Source of the DNA: Rhodothermales bacterium
Lineage (GTDB): Bacteria > Bacteroidota > Rhodothermia > Rhodothermales > JAHQVL01
NCBI GenBank assembly: GCA_045106435.1
Contig: JBGCEN010000281.1
Location: 1 to 55,946, forward strand
DNA length: 55,946 nt
Direction: 5' to 3'
The notes beneath the pieces were generated by a model. It ran no database searches. It worked only from the letters and a program-made list of their open reading frames with translations, and was not told the DNA's origin. The translations under genes were made by a program, and so were the position numbers. Below are positions 35,433 to 45,927 of the stretch, piece after piece. Each line of letters opens with the position of its first letter. Position 1 is the stretch's first letter.

Positions 35433-36614
35433 ATGAAACATCAAATCAATCGCCCTCAATTTCGCTGGAAGCACCTCCCTCTTGCAACCCAGCTTACACT
35501 CGCCCTGTTCGTGCTTATTAGCTGTAGCCAAACTTCCGAGTCTCTCGAATTTGCCTTTCCAAACCTGAACTTTTCGCGTCCGGTTGATCTCCAGCACGCT
35601 GGAGATGAGAGCAATCGTCTTTATGTTGTCGAGCAAGCCGGCATAATCAAAACTTTTGATAACGACGCACAGGTATCAGCTGCGCAAACTTTTCTCGACA
35701 TACGTGAACGGGTAAGAGACAATGGTAACGAAGAAGGGCTGCTTGGGCTTGCCTTTCATCCGGACTATGAATCCAATGGATACTTTTTTGTCAACTACAC
35801 AGCATCAAATCCAAGGCGCACCGTCATTTCAAGATTTTCAGTAAACCAGGAGAACCCGGAAGAAGCTGATGACACAAGCGAACTGATCATTCTCGAGATA
35901 GACCAACCCTACGGCAATCACAATGGTGGACAGCTTGCCTTTGGCCCTGATAACTACCTCTACATTGCTATAGGCGACGGAGGATCTGCCGGCGACCCTA
36001 TGCAAAACGGACAAAATAGAAGCACTTTACTGGGCACCATTGCGCGGATAGACATCGACGTTCAGCAAGAAGGCCAAAACTATGGCATCCCCGCTGACAA
36101 TCCCTTTGCAGCACTTGGCGCCCCCGTACGACCTGAAATTTTCGCCTACGGACTTCGGAATCCCTGGCGTATAAGCTTCGATCCCGACACAGGCGATCTT
36201 TGGGCCGGCGATGTAGGGCAGAATGAATTTGAAGAGATCAACAAAATAGACAGCGGTGGCAACTACGGCTGGAATTACAGAGAAGGTAAAACGTGCTTTG
36301 AACCCGATGAGAATTGCCCTGCAGAAGATTTAATCGACCCAATCATAGCTTACGGACGCTCCAGTGGAAGCTCGGTTACTGGAGGCTATGTGTATAGAGG
36401 ATCTGCAATTCCTGAGTTCTTTGGCAAGTATTTTTATGCAGACTTCTCATCTGGAAGAATTTGGATGATTACAATGGATGGAGATAATGTGACAGAAAAT
36501 ACTGAGCTTTCTAACACAAATCTACACATTTCTTCATTTGGAGTTGACCAGAACAATGAACTATATATATGTGCATTTGACGGACGCATCTATCGGTTAG
36601 GTCGCCCTCAATAA
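35433..36614 (+). CDS. PQQ-dependent sugar dehydrogenase (GSDH/YliI-like) lipoprotein
   Basis: EEGLLGLAFHPDY, NHNGGQLAFGPD.YLYIAIGDGG, AYGLRNPWR, GDVGQ, GGNYGW; lipobox LIS-C. Confidence 0.92.
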   Translation: MKHQINRPQFRWKHLPLATQLTLALFVLISCSQTSESLEFAFPNLNFSRPVDLQHAGDESNRLYVVEQAGIIKTFDNDAQVSAAQTFLDIRERVRDNGNEEGLLGLAFHPDYESNGYFFVNYTASNPRRTVISRFSVNQENPEEADDTSELIILEIDQPYGNHNGGQLAFGPDNYLYIAIGDGGSAGDPMQNGQNRSTLLGTIARIDIDVQQEGQNYGIPADNPFAALGAPVRPEIFAYGLRNPWRISFDPDTGDLWAGDVGQNEFEEINKIDSGGNYGWNYREGKTCFEPDENCPAEDLIDPIIAYGRSSGSSVTGGYVYRGSAIPEFFGKYFYADFSSGRIWMITMDGDNVTENTELSNTNLHISSFGVDQNNELYICAFDGRIYRLGRPQ

Positions 36615-36724
36615 CAGTTGAACAATATTTTAAGGCAGATGCATGATCCGCTGATTATAATAGCTAAAGCTACTGCAGCTGAAAATATTGTTTGTTCATT
36701 AATTTGCTCTAAGCCAAACCCTCT

Positions 36725-38707
36725 ATGTACCTCGCCAAAGACAACAAAAGTGACCCACCATCACAATTGAACCTTGAATCTGGCATCCACCTAGAAAGAG
36801 TCCGCATAAAAATATTCGACAATCCTGCCAATCTTTCGGCAAATGTATCGGATTATATTGCCGGCTTGATTAAGACACGAAGAAAAGAAGGATTAAATCT
36901 GGTTCTGGGCCTCCCTACCGGATCAACGCCTATCGGTGTTTACAAGCGACTTATTGACCTGCATAAAAACGAGGGGCTTGATCTTTCCAATGTTATTACA
37001 TTCAATCTGGATGAGTACTATCCCATGGAGCCAGATACGCTGCAAAGCTATCGCCGCTTTATGTTTGAGAACTTCTTTGATCATGTAAACATTCCGGATG
37101 CCCAGATTCATATCCCGAGTGGTCAGGTCCCCCGCAGCAAAATCAATCAGCACTGCGAGGAATATGAGCAAGCCATTTTGGATGCCGGCGGCCTGGATCT
37201 GGTTTTGCTGGGAATCGGCAGGAGCGGACATATAGGGTTTAACGAACCAGGCTCAAGTTCATCAACCAGAACACGACTGATTACCCTGGACGAACTTACC
37301 AGAAATGATGCTGCAAGTAGCTTTTTTGGTGAGCAAAACGTACCCCGCGAAGCCATTACGATGGGTGTAGATACAATTCTGGACGCCCGTGAAATTATTT
37401 TGATGGCTACCGGTGAGCACAAAGCCATCACTATTCAACGCGCTGTTGAAGAAGAACCGAACAAGCTTATCACAGCTTCTTTTCTTCAACACCACCCCAA
37501 CACCACATTCATGGTTGATGATGGGGCAGCCGGCGAGCTTACCCGCATCAAAACACCTTGGCTTGTAAAAGATGTAGATTGGGATGATGACCTGACCAAA
37601 AAGGCGGTAATCTGGCTTTCAGAAAAGGTTGAGAAATCGATTCTCAGACTCGATTCTGCTGATTTTTACAACAACCGGCTCCACAGCCTTGTTTATGCCA
37701 ATCCAAATGTAGATTCGCTTTGCAGAAAGATATTTGAAGATCTGCGTAAACGCATTGTGTATCATGAACACCTTTTCAGCGAGAAACGGGTCATTTGCTT
37801 CAGCCCGCACCCGGATGATGATGTCATCTCGATGGGTGGAATGCTTGACAAGGTAGTTGCAAACAAAAACGATGTCACTGTAGCCTACATGACCAATGGG
37901 TCAGTGGCTGTTTTTGATGCGGACGTGCGCAGATATCTGCAATTTGTTGACATGAGCATGGAAGTGTTTGGGATAGATCAAAAAGCCCTGAAACACTTTC
38001 ATGGCGAGAGTCAACGCATTCAGAATTTTCTCGAGAAGAAACGCGCCGGCGAAGTTGACATCGAGGAAGTACAGAAAATCAAAGCGTTTATTCGTTATTC
38101 AGAAGCCATCGCCGGCATAGAGGTCATTGGCCTCACCCCTGATGATGCACGCTTCCTGGACATGCCTTTTTACAAAACAGGCATGGTACGCAAAGACCCG
38201 ATCAGCGAAGCTGATGTGCAGGTCGTGCTAGATCTGCTCAATGAAATCCAGCCACACCATATCTTTGTAGCCGGCGATTTATCGGACCCGCATGGTACCC
38301 ATCGTATGTGTTACGATGCCATCAGGGAAGCCCTGACGCGCTACCGTAAAGAACGTGGAATTGTGGATGCATCTGAGCTGAACGTAACCGCCGAGGCGAT
38401 CCAGTATGCGCCGACTTCGGAGCATCAACCGCTGGTCTGGCTGTATCGCGGCGCGTGGCAGGAATGGGAGATCCACAAAGTGGACGTCTTCATTCCGATG
38501 TCAAAGGCTGATCTGGACAGAAAAATAGAAGCTGTATTCAAGCACGAAAGCCAGAAAGACCGCGCGATGTTTCCGGGCGCCACGGATGCTAGAGAGTTCT
38601 GGGAAAGAGCAAGAGACAGAAACCGCGCCACGGCGGATGCACTCAACAAACTCGGCCTGCCCGAGTTTTACGTTGCAGAAGCCTATGTAACGTCTTACGA
38701 AATGTAG
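36725..38707 (+). CDS. nagB: Glucosamine-6-phosphate deaminase, long form with C-terminal PIG-L/LmbE-like domain
   Basis: LGLPTGSTP, FNLDEYY, GIGRSGHIGFNEPG; C-terminal SPHPDDD and DPHGTH. Confidence 0.95.
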   Translation: MYLAKDNKSDPPSQLNLESGIHLERVRIKIFDNPANLSANVSDYIAGLIKTRRKEGLNLVLGLPTGSTPIGVYKRLIDLHKNEGLDLSNVITFNLDEYYPMEPDTLQSYRRFMFENFFDHVNIPDAQIHIPSGQVPRSKINQHCEEYEQAILDAGGLDLVLLGIGRSGHIGFNEPGSSSSTRTRLITLDELTRNDAASSFFGEQNVPREAITMGVDTILDAREIILMATGEHKAITIQRAVEEEPNKLITASFLQHHPNTTFMVDDGAAGELTRIKTPWLVKDVDWDDDLTKKAVIWLSEKVEKSILRLDSADFYNNRLHSLVYANPNVDSLCRKIFEDLRKRIVYHEHLFSEKRVICFSPHPDDDVISMGGMLDKVVANKNDVTVAYMTNGSVAVFDADVRRYLQFVDMSMEVFGIDQKALKHFHGESQRIQNFLEKKRAGEVDIEEVQKIKAFIRYSEAIAGIEVIGLTPDDARFLDMPFYKTGMVRKDPISEADVQVVLDLLNEIQPHHIFVAGDLSDPHGTHRMCYDAIREALTRYRKERGIVDASELNVTAEAIQYAPTSEHQPLVWLYRGAWQEWEIHKVDVFIPMSKADLDRKIEAVFKHESQKDRAMFPGATDAREFWERARDRNRATADALNKLGLPEFYVAEAYVTSYEM

Positions 38708-38713
38708 GGGCTT

Positions 38714-38794
38714 TCAGTTTTCAGTAATCGGTGATCAGTTTTCAGTAAAGAATTATTTCTGAAAACTGATTACTGCAAACTGATTACTGAAAAC
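38714..38794. repeat. Inverted array of TCAGT(TT/AA) heptamers between convergent genes (possible bidirectional terminator)
   Basis: Left tcagttttcagtaatcggtgatcagttttcagtaa; right ctgaaaactgattactgcaaactgattactgaaaact is its approximate reverse complement. Confidence 0.7.
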
Positions 38795-38797
38795 TTT

Positions 38798-39328
38798 TCA
38801 ACCTACTCGCGCGAAGGCTCCAGGTGAAAGGAAAGTTTTGCTATTCTTAATGTAATTATCTGCATACTTCCCAATGCCTGCGATTTCTTCCTCGCGCAAA
38901 GGCCTCACCACCTTTGCCGGCGAGCCAAGAACCATAGATCCGGGAGGTACAATAGTCCTTGAAGTAACCAATGCGCCGGCTCCGACGATGCTACCACTGC
39001 CTATGACAGCATTATCAAGGATGATGGCGCCCATGCCAATCAAGACATTGTCTTCGATGGTACAAGCATGAACGATGGCACCATGCCCAACGGTTACCCG
39101 GTTACCAATTAAGACAGGCCCGGTCTTTTCAGTGATGTGCACGACTGCATTGTCCTGGATATTGGACTCCTCCCCTATGCGTATCTTGTGTATATCTCCC
39201 CGGATTGACACGTTAAACCAGACACTTGTTCGTGCCCCTAATTTAACGTCGCCCATGACATCTGCAGAAGGGGCAATGAAATTTGTATCATCGTACTCCG
39301 GGGTGATCCCATTAAAAGCGTATATCAT
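38798..39328 (-). CDS. Gamma carbonic anhydrase family protein (YrdA-like hexapeptide repeat)
   Basis: SVWFNVSIRGD, NIQDNAVVH, VTVGHGAIVHAC, LIGMGA. Confidence 0.93.
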   Translation of the reverse strand: MIYAFNGITPEYDDTNFIAPSADVMGDVKLGARTSVWFNVSIRGDIHKIRIGEESNIQDNAVVHITEKTGPVLIGNRVTVGHGAIVHACTIEDNVLIGMGAIILDNAVIGSGSIVGAGALVTSRTIVPPGSMVLGSPAKVVRPLREEEIAGIGKYADNYIKNSKTFLSPGAFARVG

Positions 39329-39414
39329 CTATCTTCTGGCTGCTGATTTGTCTTAAAAATTTCGTGCTTAAATCTTACCGAATATAGATCATAACGAGCT
39401 AAATCCAAGCAGAT

Positions 39415-39430
39415 TGGAACGCACATTGCC
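39415..39430 (+). promoter_or_regulatory. Sigma54 -24/-12 consensus-like element TGGAAC-GCACA-TTGCC
   Basis: Exact GG-N10-GC spacing, ~125-155 bp upstream of the ORF at 39554/39587. Confidence 0.45.
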
Positions 39431-39586
39431 TGTACATTCAATGAACGTCTTTGAATTATCGATGCCTCAATACCTGCTTATTCAAGGGCATTGAAATAAA
39501 CTTCAGAGGATGTAACTAAAGCATCTGCTTTTGCGTAGTGAACAACATTAAACATGAATTTGCGTCAATCTTTAACACAGAAGAAC

Positions 39587-40861
39587 ATGCGCCGGCTGAT
39601 AATCCCTCTACTTCTTTGTTCATTTATTGCCCTTCCGGCGATAGCAGAAACACCTCTAGCAGCAACAACGCTGGCTGACGATATAGATGGCCGCATCTAT
39701 GGCAGGATCACGACAGATGACGGAGAGGTATTTGAAGGAATTATCCGATGGGACCGCAACGAAGCAAGTTGGGTAGATGTCTTAAACGGAGACAAAGTAT
39801 TCTACAGAGATCGCCGGATGAGCGACAGCGACGACCGTGATAATCGTGGCAAGCGCATTGAGATTTTTGGTGTTACTGTTTACGAAGAAAACCGCAGCAG
39901 TAGCAACAAAGGAGGCTCTTCCACACGCACATCAGGCATACGGTTCGGCCATATAAGCACACTCGAAAGAGACGGAAACTCAGCCATTCTCGAGCTTCAG
40001 TCTGGTGAAAAAATAGAATTTAAAAACGGCTCAACTGATATCGGCAGCGACATCCGGGAAATCATCGTTGAAGACGCTGAACGCGGTGAAGTTGAGTTAA
40101 AATGGAAAGACATCGATTTTATTGAGTTTTTCCAGGCTCCCAGATCAGTACGATCTGATTATGGCAAACGCCTGCATGGTACCTTGATGACGCGTGGCGG
40201 CCTTGAATTTACAGGCTTTATCTGCTGGGACATCGACGAAGTTCTTACTTCAGACATCCTCGACGGTAACGATGAAAAACGCCGGCGCCGCAAAGTACGC
40301 TTCGGTAATATCGACACCATCCAACGAAATAGCTCAAGCAGTTCGCTTGTGATCCTGAAAAATGGAGAAGAAATGGTACTGCGCGGCACAAACGATGTCA
40401 ATGACGACAACAGCGGAATTCTTGTACTCGACCCTATGCTCGGTCAAGTAGAAGTTGATTGGAGTGACTTCGACCAGGTAACATTTAGCGAAGCTGAATA
40501 TGTCCCTACCTTTGATGATTTCGGGTACTCCGGACCGCTATACGGAACGGTATTCACAAGAGATGGCGATGCAATCGAAGGCATCATTCGCTGGGATGAT
40601 GATGAAGCAAGTGGCTGGGAATTCCTGGATGGCGAGATGGATGACCTGACCTTCGACATCGAATTTGGTAAAATCCGAACCATCGAGCGAATCTCTTCAA
40701 GCAGTGCAGAAGTCATTCTTTTTGATGGCAGAAACTTTGACCTGAGAGATTCAAACGACGTTGATGACGATAACGATGGCATTTTTATCTACGACGACAA
40801 TGGCGATGAAACGCGCATATCATGGCGTGATTTTGACAAGATCGTCTTTGATAAGCCTTGA
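39587..40861 (+). CDS. Exported acidic protein built of three ~130-aa internal repeats (alternative start 39554)
   Basis: Signal peptide ending AIA. Thrice-repeated G...T.DG..(F/I)EG.I.WD, (R/E)FG.I.T..R and D....(N/I)..I...D motifs. Confidence 0.75.
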   Translation: MRRLIIPLLLCSFIALPAIAETPLAATTLADDIDGRIYGRITTDDGEVFEGIIRWDRNEASWVDVLNGDKVFYRDRRMSDSDDRDNRGKRIEIFGVTVYEENRSSSNKGGSSTRTSGIRFGHISTLERDGNSAILELQSGEKIEFKNGSTDIGSDIREIIVEDAERGEVELKWKDIDFIEFFQAPRSVRSDYGKRLHGTLMTRGGLEFTGFICWDIDEVLTSDILDGNDEKRRRRKVRFGNIDTIQRNSSSSSLVILKNGEEMVLRGTNDVNDDNSGILVLDPMLGQVEVDWSDFDQVTFSEAEYVPTFDDFGYSGPLYGTVFTRDGDAIEGIIRWDDDEASGWEFLDGEMDDLTFDIEFGKIRTIERISSSSAEVILFDGRNFDLRDSNDVDDDNDGIFIYDDNGDETRISWRDFDKIVFDKP

Positions 40862-40918
40862 TGAAGTTTTTGGTGGTTAGTATTTAGTGGTTAGAATCTG
40901 TTCTTCTGTTATACCACT

Positions 40919-40954
40919 AAAAAAAGGGAGCGATGAATCATCGCTCCCTTTTTT
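40919..40954. terminator. Bidirectional intrinsic terminator
   Basis: AAAAAAGGGAGCGATG-AAT-CATCGCTCCCTTTTTT between convergent genes. Confidence 0.85.
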
Positions 40955-41117
40955 ATTTCTTAAAATCAGTGTGCTGAGTCCTAAGAAACTGTTGAGACTT
41001 GAGGTTCGCAATTGAGAGAGATGAGATTAAATCTCAACAGGTTCTAAATGGTACAATGCAGGTTTTTGCATACAAAACACTGAACATTGAACCCTAAACC
41101 CGGAACGAACCCCAAAC

Positions 41118-43826
41118 CTAGTCGCCCACGATTTTTTTGAGCTCCACCAACTTCAACAAGGCTTCAACGGGCGTCATTGCGTTCGGCTCTAGCTTTCTGA
41201 GTGCATCAGCCGCTTCTGCGGCCGCAGGATCCTGGATCTGAAAAAGCGAAAGCTGATGGGCATCCGAAAGCGCATTAAAACCTCCGCCAGTTTGTACGCC
41301 CGTCGGAAGTTTAGTCTTATCTTCTTTCCCACCGTCGTCTTTTTCTGCGCCGCCGTGTATCTCCAACTGTTGCGATTCCAGGTGCTGTAATACCTCTTGC
41401 GCGCGTTCTATCAATGGCTTTGGCAAGCCGGCCATTCGGGCGACCTCAATACCATATGAATGGTCAGCGCCACCAAGAATCAGCTTTCTCAGGAATACCA
41501 CTTTCCCTTTATGCTCTTTAACCTGTACACGCAGATTAACAATTCTGCCATACCTGTCTTTCAACTCATTGAGTTCGTGGTAATGGGTCGCAAACAAGGT
41601 TTGAGCGGCTACTTTCTCATTCTCATGTAGATACTCAACCAGTGCCCAGGCAATTGACAGCCCATCAAATGTGCTTGTACCTCTTCCTACCTCATCTAAC
41701 AAGATCAGGGACCGTGGCGTTGCATTGTTAAGGATGTTGGCAGCTTCGTTCATTTCAACAAGAAACGTACTTTCCCCGGAAGCCAGATTATCTGAAGCAC
41801 CAACACGCGTAAAAATCCGGTCTACAACACCAATCGTCGCCTTTTCAGCCGGCACAAAGGCACCTACCTGTGCCAGCAAAATGATAAGCCCTGTCTGGCG
41901 CAGCACCACACTTTTACCGGCCATGTTCGGTCCGGTAATAATTAGAATCTGGCGTTCCTCTGGGTCGAGAGAAATGCTGTTTGCAATGAATGCTTCTCCT
42001 ACAGGCAACGTTTTCTCAACAACCGGATGTCGACCATCCACAATTTCGATGCCCCGTCCTTCGTGAATCTCGGGACGCGTGTATTTGTGCTGTACCGCAA
42101 CCTCACCCAGACAAACAAAGCAATCCAGCATCGCCAACAATCGCGCATTCATTTGCAAGGCCGCTGTATGCAAAGCCACGCGCTCACGAATCTCTTGATA
42201 CAAAGAAGTTTCGATATGATTTATTCGCTCTTGCGCTGTAAGAATCTTCTCCTCGTATTCCTTCAGTTTTGGCGTGATATATCGCTCTGCACTTACCAGT
42301 GTCTGTTTTCTGATAAAATCGTCTGGCACCTTGTCTTTATGAACATTGGTAACTTCCAGGTAATACCCAAAAACACGATTAAACCCAACCTTGAGAGACG
42401 GGATACCTGTTCGCTCAGACTCTTCCTGTTGAAGCTTGACAATCCAGTCTTTGCCTGATTTTGAGATCTCGCGTAACTCATCAAGCTCTTCATTGTATCC
42501 AGGCCGGATATATCCACCCTCGGCCAATTGAGCCGGCGGTTCATCTACAAGCGCCTCAGCAACCAACGAGGTAACCTCTTCGCACAAAGTCAGCCGGCCT
42601 GCAACAGCTTTAATCGAAGACACCGTCTCATCAGCAAGAATATTCTTAATCTCCGGAATACACGCAAGTGTTGTCCTAAGCGCCACCATTTCTCTTGGCG
42701 TGGCCCTGCCTGTAGACACACGGGCAGCCATCCGTTCCATGTCACCAACAGACTGGAGCGTTTCCTGCATGCGTCCACGGAGAAAATCTGAGGTTACAAA
42801 GCCCTCAACTGCATCAAGTCTCTTTTTAATTTCTACGATATCACACAAAGGCCGGAGCAGCCACTGCCTGAGCAAACGACCACCCATTGGCGTATTCGTC
42901 ATGTCCAGGATTTGTATGAGTGTACCTTCCTGCCGCCCACTTTGCATCGAAGAGATGAGCTCCAGATTACGCTTGGTTTGCGCATCCAGCATCATAAATC
43001 CGTCGCTGGCAAAGTAATTTAGCCGATCAATATGAGGGAGTTTCCCTTTCTGCGTTTCTCCCAGATAGTATAACACTGCGCCGGCTGCTACGATGCCCAG
43101 CTTATGATCATCAACACCAAAACCCTTTAGGGAATGTGTTTTAAAGTGCCTGAGGAGCGATTCATAGGCAAAGTCGTAGCCGAAGCACCAGTCTTCCTGC
43201 GGCGTTACGACCATTTGCATATCACGCAACCAGCGGATGTCTTCATGCCGGCGTTTATCGATCAGAATTTCGCTTGGGCCAATCGCATGAATCAGTTCTT
43301 TCGCATCCTTGGCCGCTGCTTCGGCTAAAAAGAATTCTCCAGTTGACGCATCAATAAATGAAAAGCCTACCCGTTGATCTCCTGATTTTGGATCCCAATG
43401 TATAGCAGCAAGATAATTTGAGCGTTTGGGTTCAAGCAATTGCTCCCTGAACGAGACACCAGGTGTGACAATTTCGACTACATCACGTTTTACAATTTTG
43501 CGGGCTGTTTTAGCATCTTCAAGTTGCTCACAAATGGCTACCCGATGACCGGCCTGGACAAGTTTTGGCAGGTAATTATCCAGGGCATGGTATGGAAAGC
43601 CGGCAAGCGGTACATGGCTTGCCTTTCCATTAGCGCGCTTTGTAAGCGTTATCCCTAAAATCTGGCTGACAAGCTTTGCGTCATCCTCAAACGTCTCGTA
43701 AAAATCTCCAAGTCGAAACAAAAGTATGGCGTTGGGATGCCGCTCCTTTATCTTATAATACTGACGCATTACAGGCGTAGCTGCACTGCCTTTGCCTGCC
43801 GCTTTTTTATCGGTGGTTTTCCCCAT
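41118..43826 (-). CDS. mutS: DNA mismatch repair protein MutS
   Basis: TPVMRQY, LFRLGDFYETF, Walker A GPNMAGKS, GESTFLVEM, DEVGRGTST, ATHYHEL, SYGIEVA. Confidence 0.98.
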   Translation of the reverse strand: MGKTTDKKAAGKGSAATPVMRQYYKIKERHPNAILLFRLGDFYETFEDDAKLVSQILGITLTKRANGKASHVPLAGFPYHALDNYLPKLVQAGHRVAICEQLEDAKTARKIVKRDVVEIVTPGVSFREQLLEPKRSNYLAAIHWDPKSGDQRVGFSFIDASTGEFFLAEAAAKDAKELIHAIGPSEILIDKRRHEDIRWLRDMQMVVTPQEDWCFGYDFAYESLLRHFKTHSLKGFGVDDHKLGIVAAGAVLYYLGETQKGKLPHIDRLNYFASDGFMMLDAQTKRNLELISSMQSGRQEGTLIQILDMTNTPMGGRLLRQWLLRPLCDIVEIKKRLDAVEGFVTSDFLRGRMQETLQSVGDMERMAARVSTGRATPREMVALRTTLACIPEIKNILADETVSSIKAVAGRLTLCEEVTSLVAEALVDEPPAQLAEGGYIRPGYNEELDELREISKSGKDWIVKLQQEESERTGIPSLKVGFNRVFGYYLEVTNVHKDKVPDDFIRKQTLVSAERYITPKLKEYEEKILTAQERINHIETSLYQEIRERVALHTAALQMNARLLAMLDCFVCLGEVAVQHKYTRPEIHEGRGIEIVDGRHPVVEKTLPVGEAFIANSISLDPEERQILIITGPNMAGKSVVLRQTGLIILLAQVGAFVPAEKATIGVVDRIFTRVGASDNLASGESTFLVEMNEAANILNNATPRSLILLDEVGRGTSTFDGLSIAWALVEYLHENEKVAAQTLFATHYHELNELKDRYGRIVNLRVQVKEHKGKVVFLRKLILGGADHSYGIEVARMAGLPKPLIERAQEVLQHLESQQLEIHGGAEKDDGGKEDKTKLPTGVQTGGGFNALSDAHQLSLFQIQDPAAAEAADALRKLEPNAMTPVEALLKLVELKKIVGD

Positions 43827-44320
43827 TACAAATCACTACTGCAAATCACTACTCGGTTACACTACAAGATCAACCGATCTTGCCCTTTTGCTAAAACTGA
43901 CGGAAAATAAGAAAAAGGTGCCTACTTAACTGGCAGAGTTGAAGTTTGTTGTTTATTGCGAGGTGAATTCTACACCGTACCGAGTATTAATGTGAGACAG
44001 ATATTTTAAACGTTCTTTAGCAACTTCTCATTGCATATGGCTTTAAACAACCACAAATCGTCGCATTTTCTTACGCTTACGCTTCTTTTTTACACGCTAA
44101 AATAAGTCGCATCTTATCAGACAGGGTACAAAAACGCATTGCAATTGCGCTAAACACCCTATGGCACAATTTTTTCGGTTGATATAATAGCAATACGCAG
44201 ATCTCCTTCTATGTATTGACTGCTATTCATCTCATGTTGTGCGTTTTTCAATTTTTTACTGAAAATAATTATTTAACCAATCAAAAACTTATGTCTCTTC
44301 TTTCTCTAACTAATCAAAAA

Positions 44321-45865
44321 ATGAACATGGCACGTCAGTTACTGATGCTTTTCGTTTTGGGTCTGATGGTGTACACTGCACCTGTACAGGCTAACGACGA
44401 TCCACTAAAGAATGATGTTAAAAGCGAAGTACAGGCTCAGGTGCTTGCGCCTTCATTCAGCGAACTGGTACCTGGAGGAGGCGGCAACCCCTTCCCAAAC
44501 ATGACATCCGACACCTTCAGCTCACCTTCATTTGGTGACATTGATGGAGACGGCGACCTCGACATGTTCAGCGGCAACGAAGCAGGTACTATTTCTTTCT
44601 TCGAAAATACGGGTAACAACACAACGCCGAGTTTTGTGCAGCAAACAGGCGTAAACAACCCACTGGACGGCGTTGATGTAGGAGACAAATCTTCTGCAGC
44701 GCTGGTTGATATCGACGGCGACGGCGACCTCGACATGTTCATTGGAGAAGAGCTTGGTGCTTTTTCTTACTATGAAAACACAGGCGATGTGAACACGCCA
44801 ACTTTTGCAGTTGGTGGTTCAAATCCGATGGGTGCATTTGACGTAGGTAACCGCTCTCAGGTAACATTTGTAGACCTTGATGCCGATGGTGACTACGACG
44901 CAGTGAGTGGTGAATTCAGTGGCACGGTTAACTACTTCGAAAACACAGGCACCAATATGGCTCCTACGTTTAACGAAACGGTTGGCGGTTCAAATCCATT
45001 TAATGCAATTGTTGGTGCAACAACCAATTCAGCAGTTGCACTAGGCGACATTGACAATGACCTTGATTACGATCTCGTAATGGGTGATAAAGATGGTGGA
45101 TTCCGCTACTTCGAAAACACAGGTTCTACAGTGGCTCCTGCATATACAGAAGTAACCGGCGTTAGCAATCCTCTCGATGGCTTCAATGTAGGTGCAACCA
45201 AAGAATCAGCTCCAGCGATCGTTGACTTGAACAATGGCAACGGCGTTGACGTGATTAGTGGCAACACCGACGGTGATTTCTACTACTACATCAATGCTGA
45301 TCCGCTTCCAGTTGAGCTTTCTTCTTTCAATGCTGTACGCAACCTTGGAAAAATTACGCTTACATGGACAACAGCAAGCGAAACTAACAACGCTGGCTTC
45401 GAAGTACAGACACGGACAAGCCGCGGTTTTGAAGCTGTAGCATTTGTACCGGGTGCTGGTACAACTACTGAAGCGCGTTCTTATTCGTTTACTATTGACC
45501 AGGTACGTCCAGGCCGGCAGTCTTTCCGCTTGAAGCAGGTTGACTTCGACGGCGCGTTTGACTTCAGCTCTGAAGCTTCTGTCTCTATTCCATTGGAATC
45601 AAGCTTCTTGATGACACCAACAAGCCCAGAGCCATTTAACCCACAGGCAACCTTCAACCTTACCGTTGCAAGCAGCCAGCAGGTTACAATCGGCGTTTAC
45701 GACATGCAGGGTAGAATGGTTGAACTGCTTCATAGCGGCGAACTCGAGTCTGAGCAGCCCTATCAGTTCTACGTCACGGCCAACGATTGGGCCAGTGGCA
45801 AATACATCATCCGTGCAATTGGTGAAGCCTTCCAGGCCTCACAGATGATTACATTACTCAAGTAA
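44321..45865 (+). CDS. FG-GAP (DxDGDGDxD) repeat protein with T9SS type A C-terminal sorting domain (start uncertain: 44291, 44321 or 44327)
   Basis: Five NP...D[IL]DGDGD.D...[YF]ENTG repeats; LPVELSSF, TASETNNAGFEVQ, YSF, PEPFNP, YDMQGR, ASGKYII. Confidence 0.88.
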   Translation: MNMARQLLMLFVLGLMVYTAPVQANDDPLKNDVKSEVQAQVLAPSFSELVPGGGGNPFPNMTSDTFSSPSFGDIDGDGDLDMFSGNEAGTISFFENTGNNTTPSFVQQTGVNNPLDGVDVGDKSSAALVDIDGDGDLDMFIGEELGAFSYYENTGDVNTPTFAVGGSNPMGAFDVGNRSQVTFVDLDADGDYDAVSGEFSGTVNYFENTGTNMAPTFNETVGGSNPFNAIVGATTNSAVALGDIDNDLDYDLVMGDKDGGFRYFENTGSTVAPAYTEVTGVSNPLDGFNVGATKESAPAIVDLNNGNGVDVISGNTDGDFYYYINADPLPVELSSFNAVRNLGKITLTWTTASETNNAGFEVQTRTSRGFEAVAFVPGAGTTTEARSYSFTIDQVRPGRQSFRLKQVDFDGAFDFSSEASVSIPLESSFLMTPTSPEPFNPQATFNLTVASSQQVTIGVYDMQGRMVELLHSGELESEQPYQFYVTANDWASGKYIIRAIGEAFQASQMITLLK

Positions 45866-45887
45866 TCTTATTAAGCACCGACATCGC

Positions 45888-45927
45888 AAAAACGGCGGCT
45901 GATTTTTTAATCAGTCGCCGTTTTTTT
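45888..45927 (+). terminator. Intrinsic terminator
   Basis: AAAAACGGCGGCTGATT / loop / AATCAGTCGCCGTTTTTTT. Confidence 0.85.

Noticed and set aside
43829-43853. 12-bp direct repeat CAAATCACTACT directly upstream of the mutS start
   Set aside because: Only two copies and no supporting context; likely local slippage.
44162-44177. TGGCACAATTTTTTCG upstream of the FG-GAP gene as a sigma54 promoter
   Set aside because: It shares TGGCACAAT with the S8 promoter block, but the -12 position is TC with no TTG. Too weak to call.
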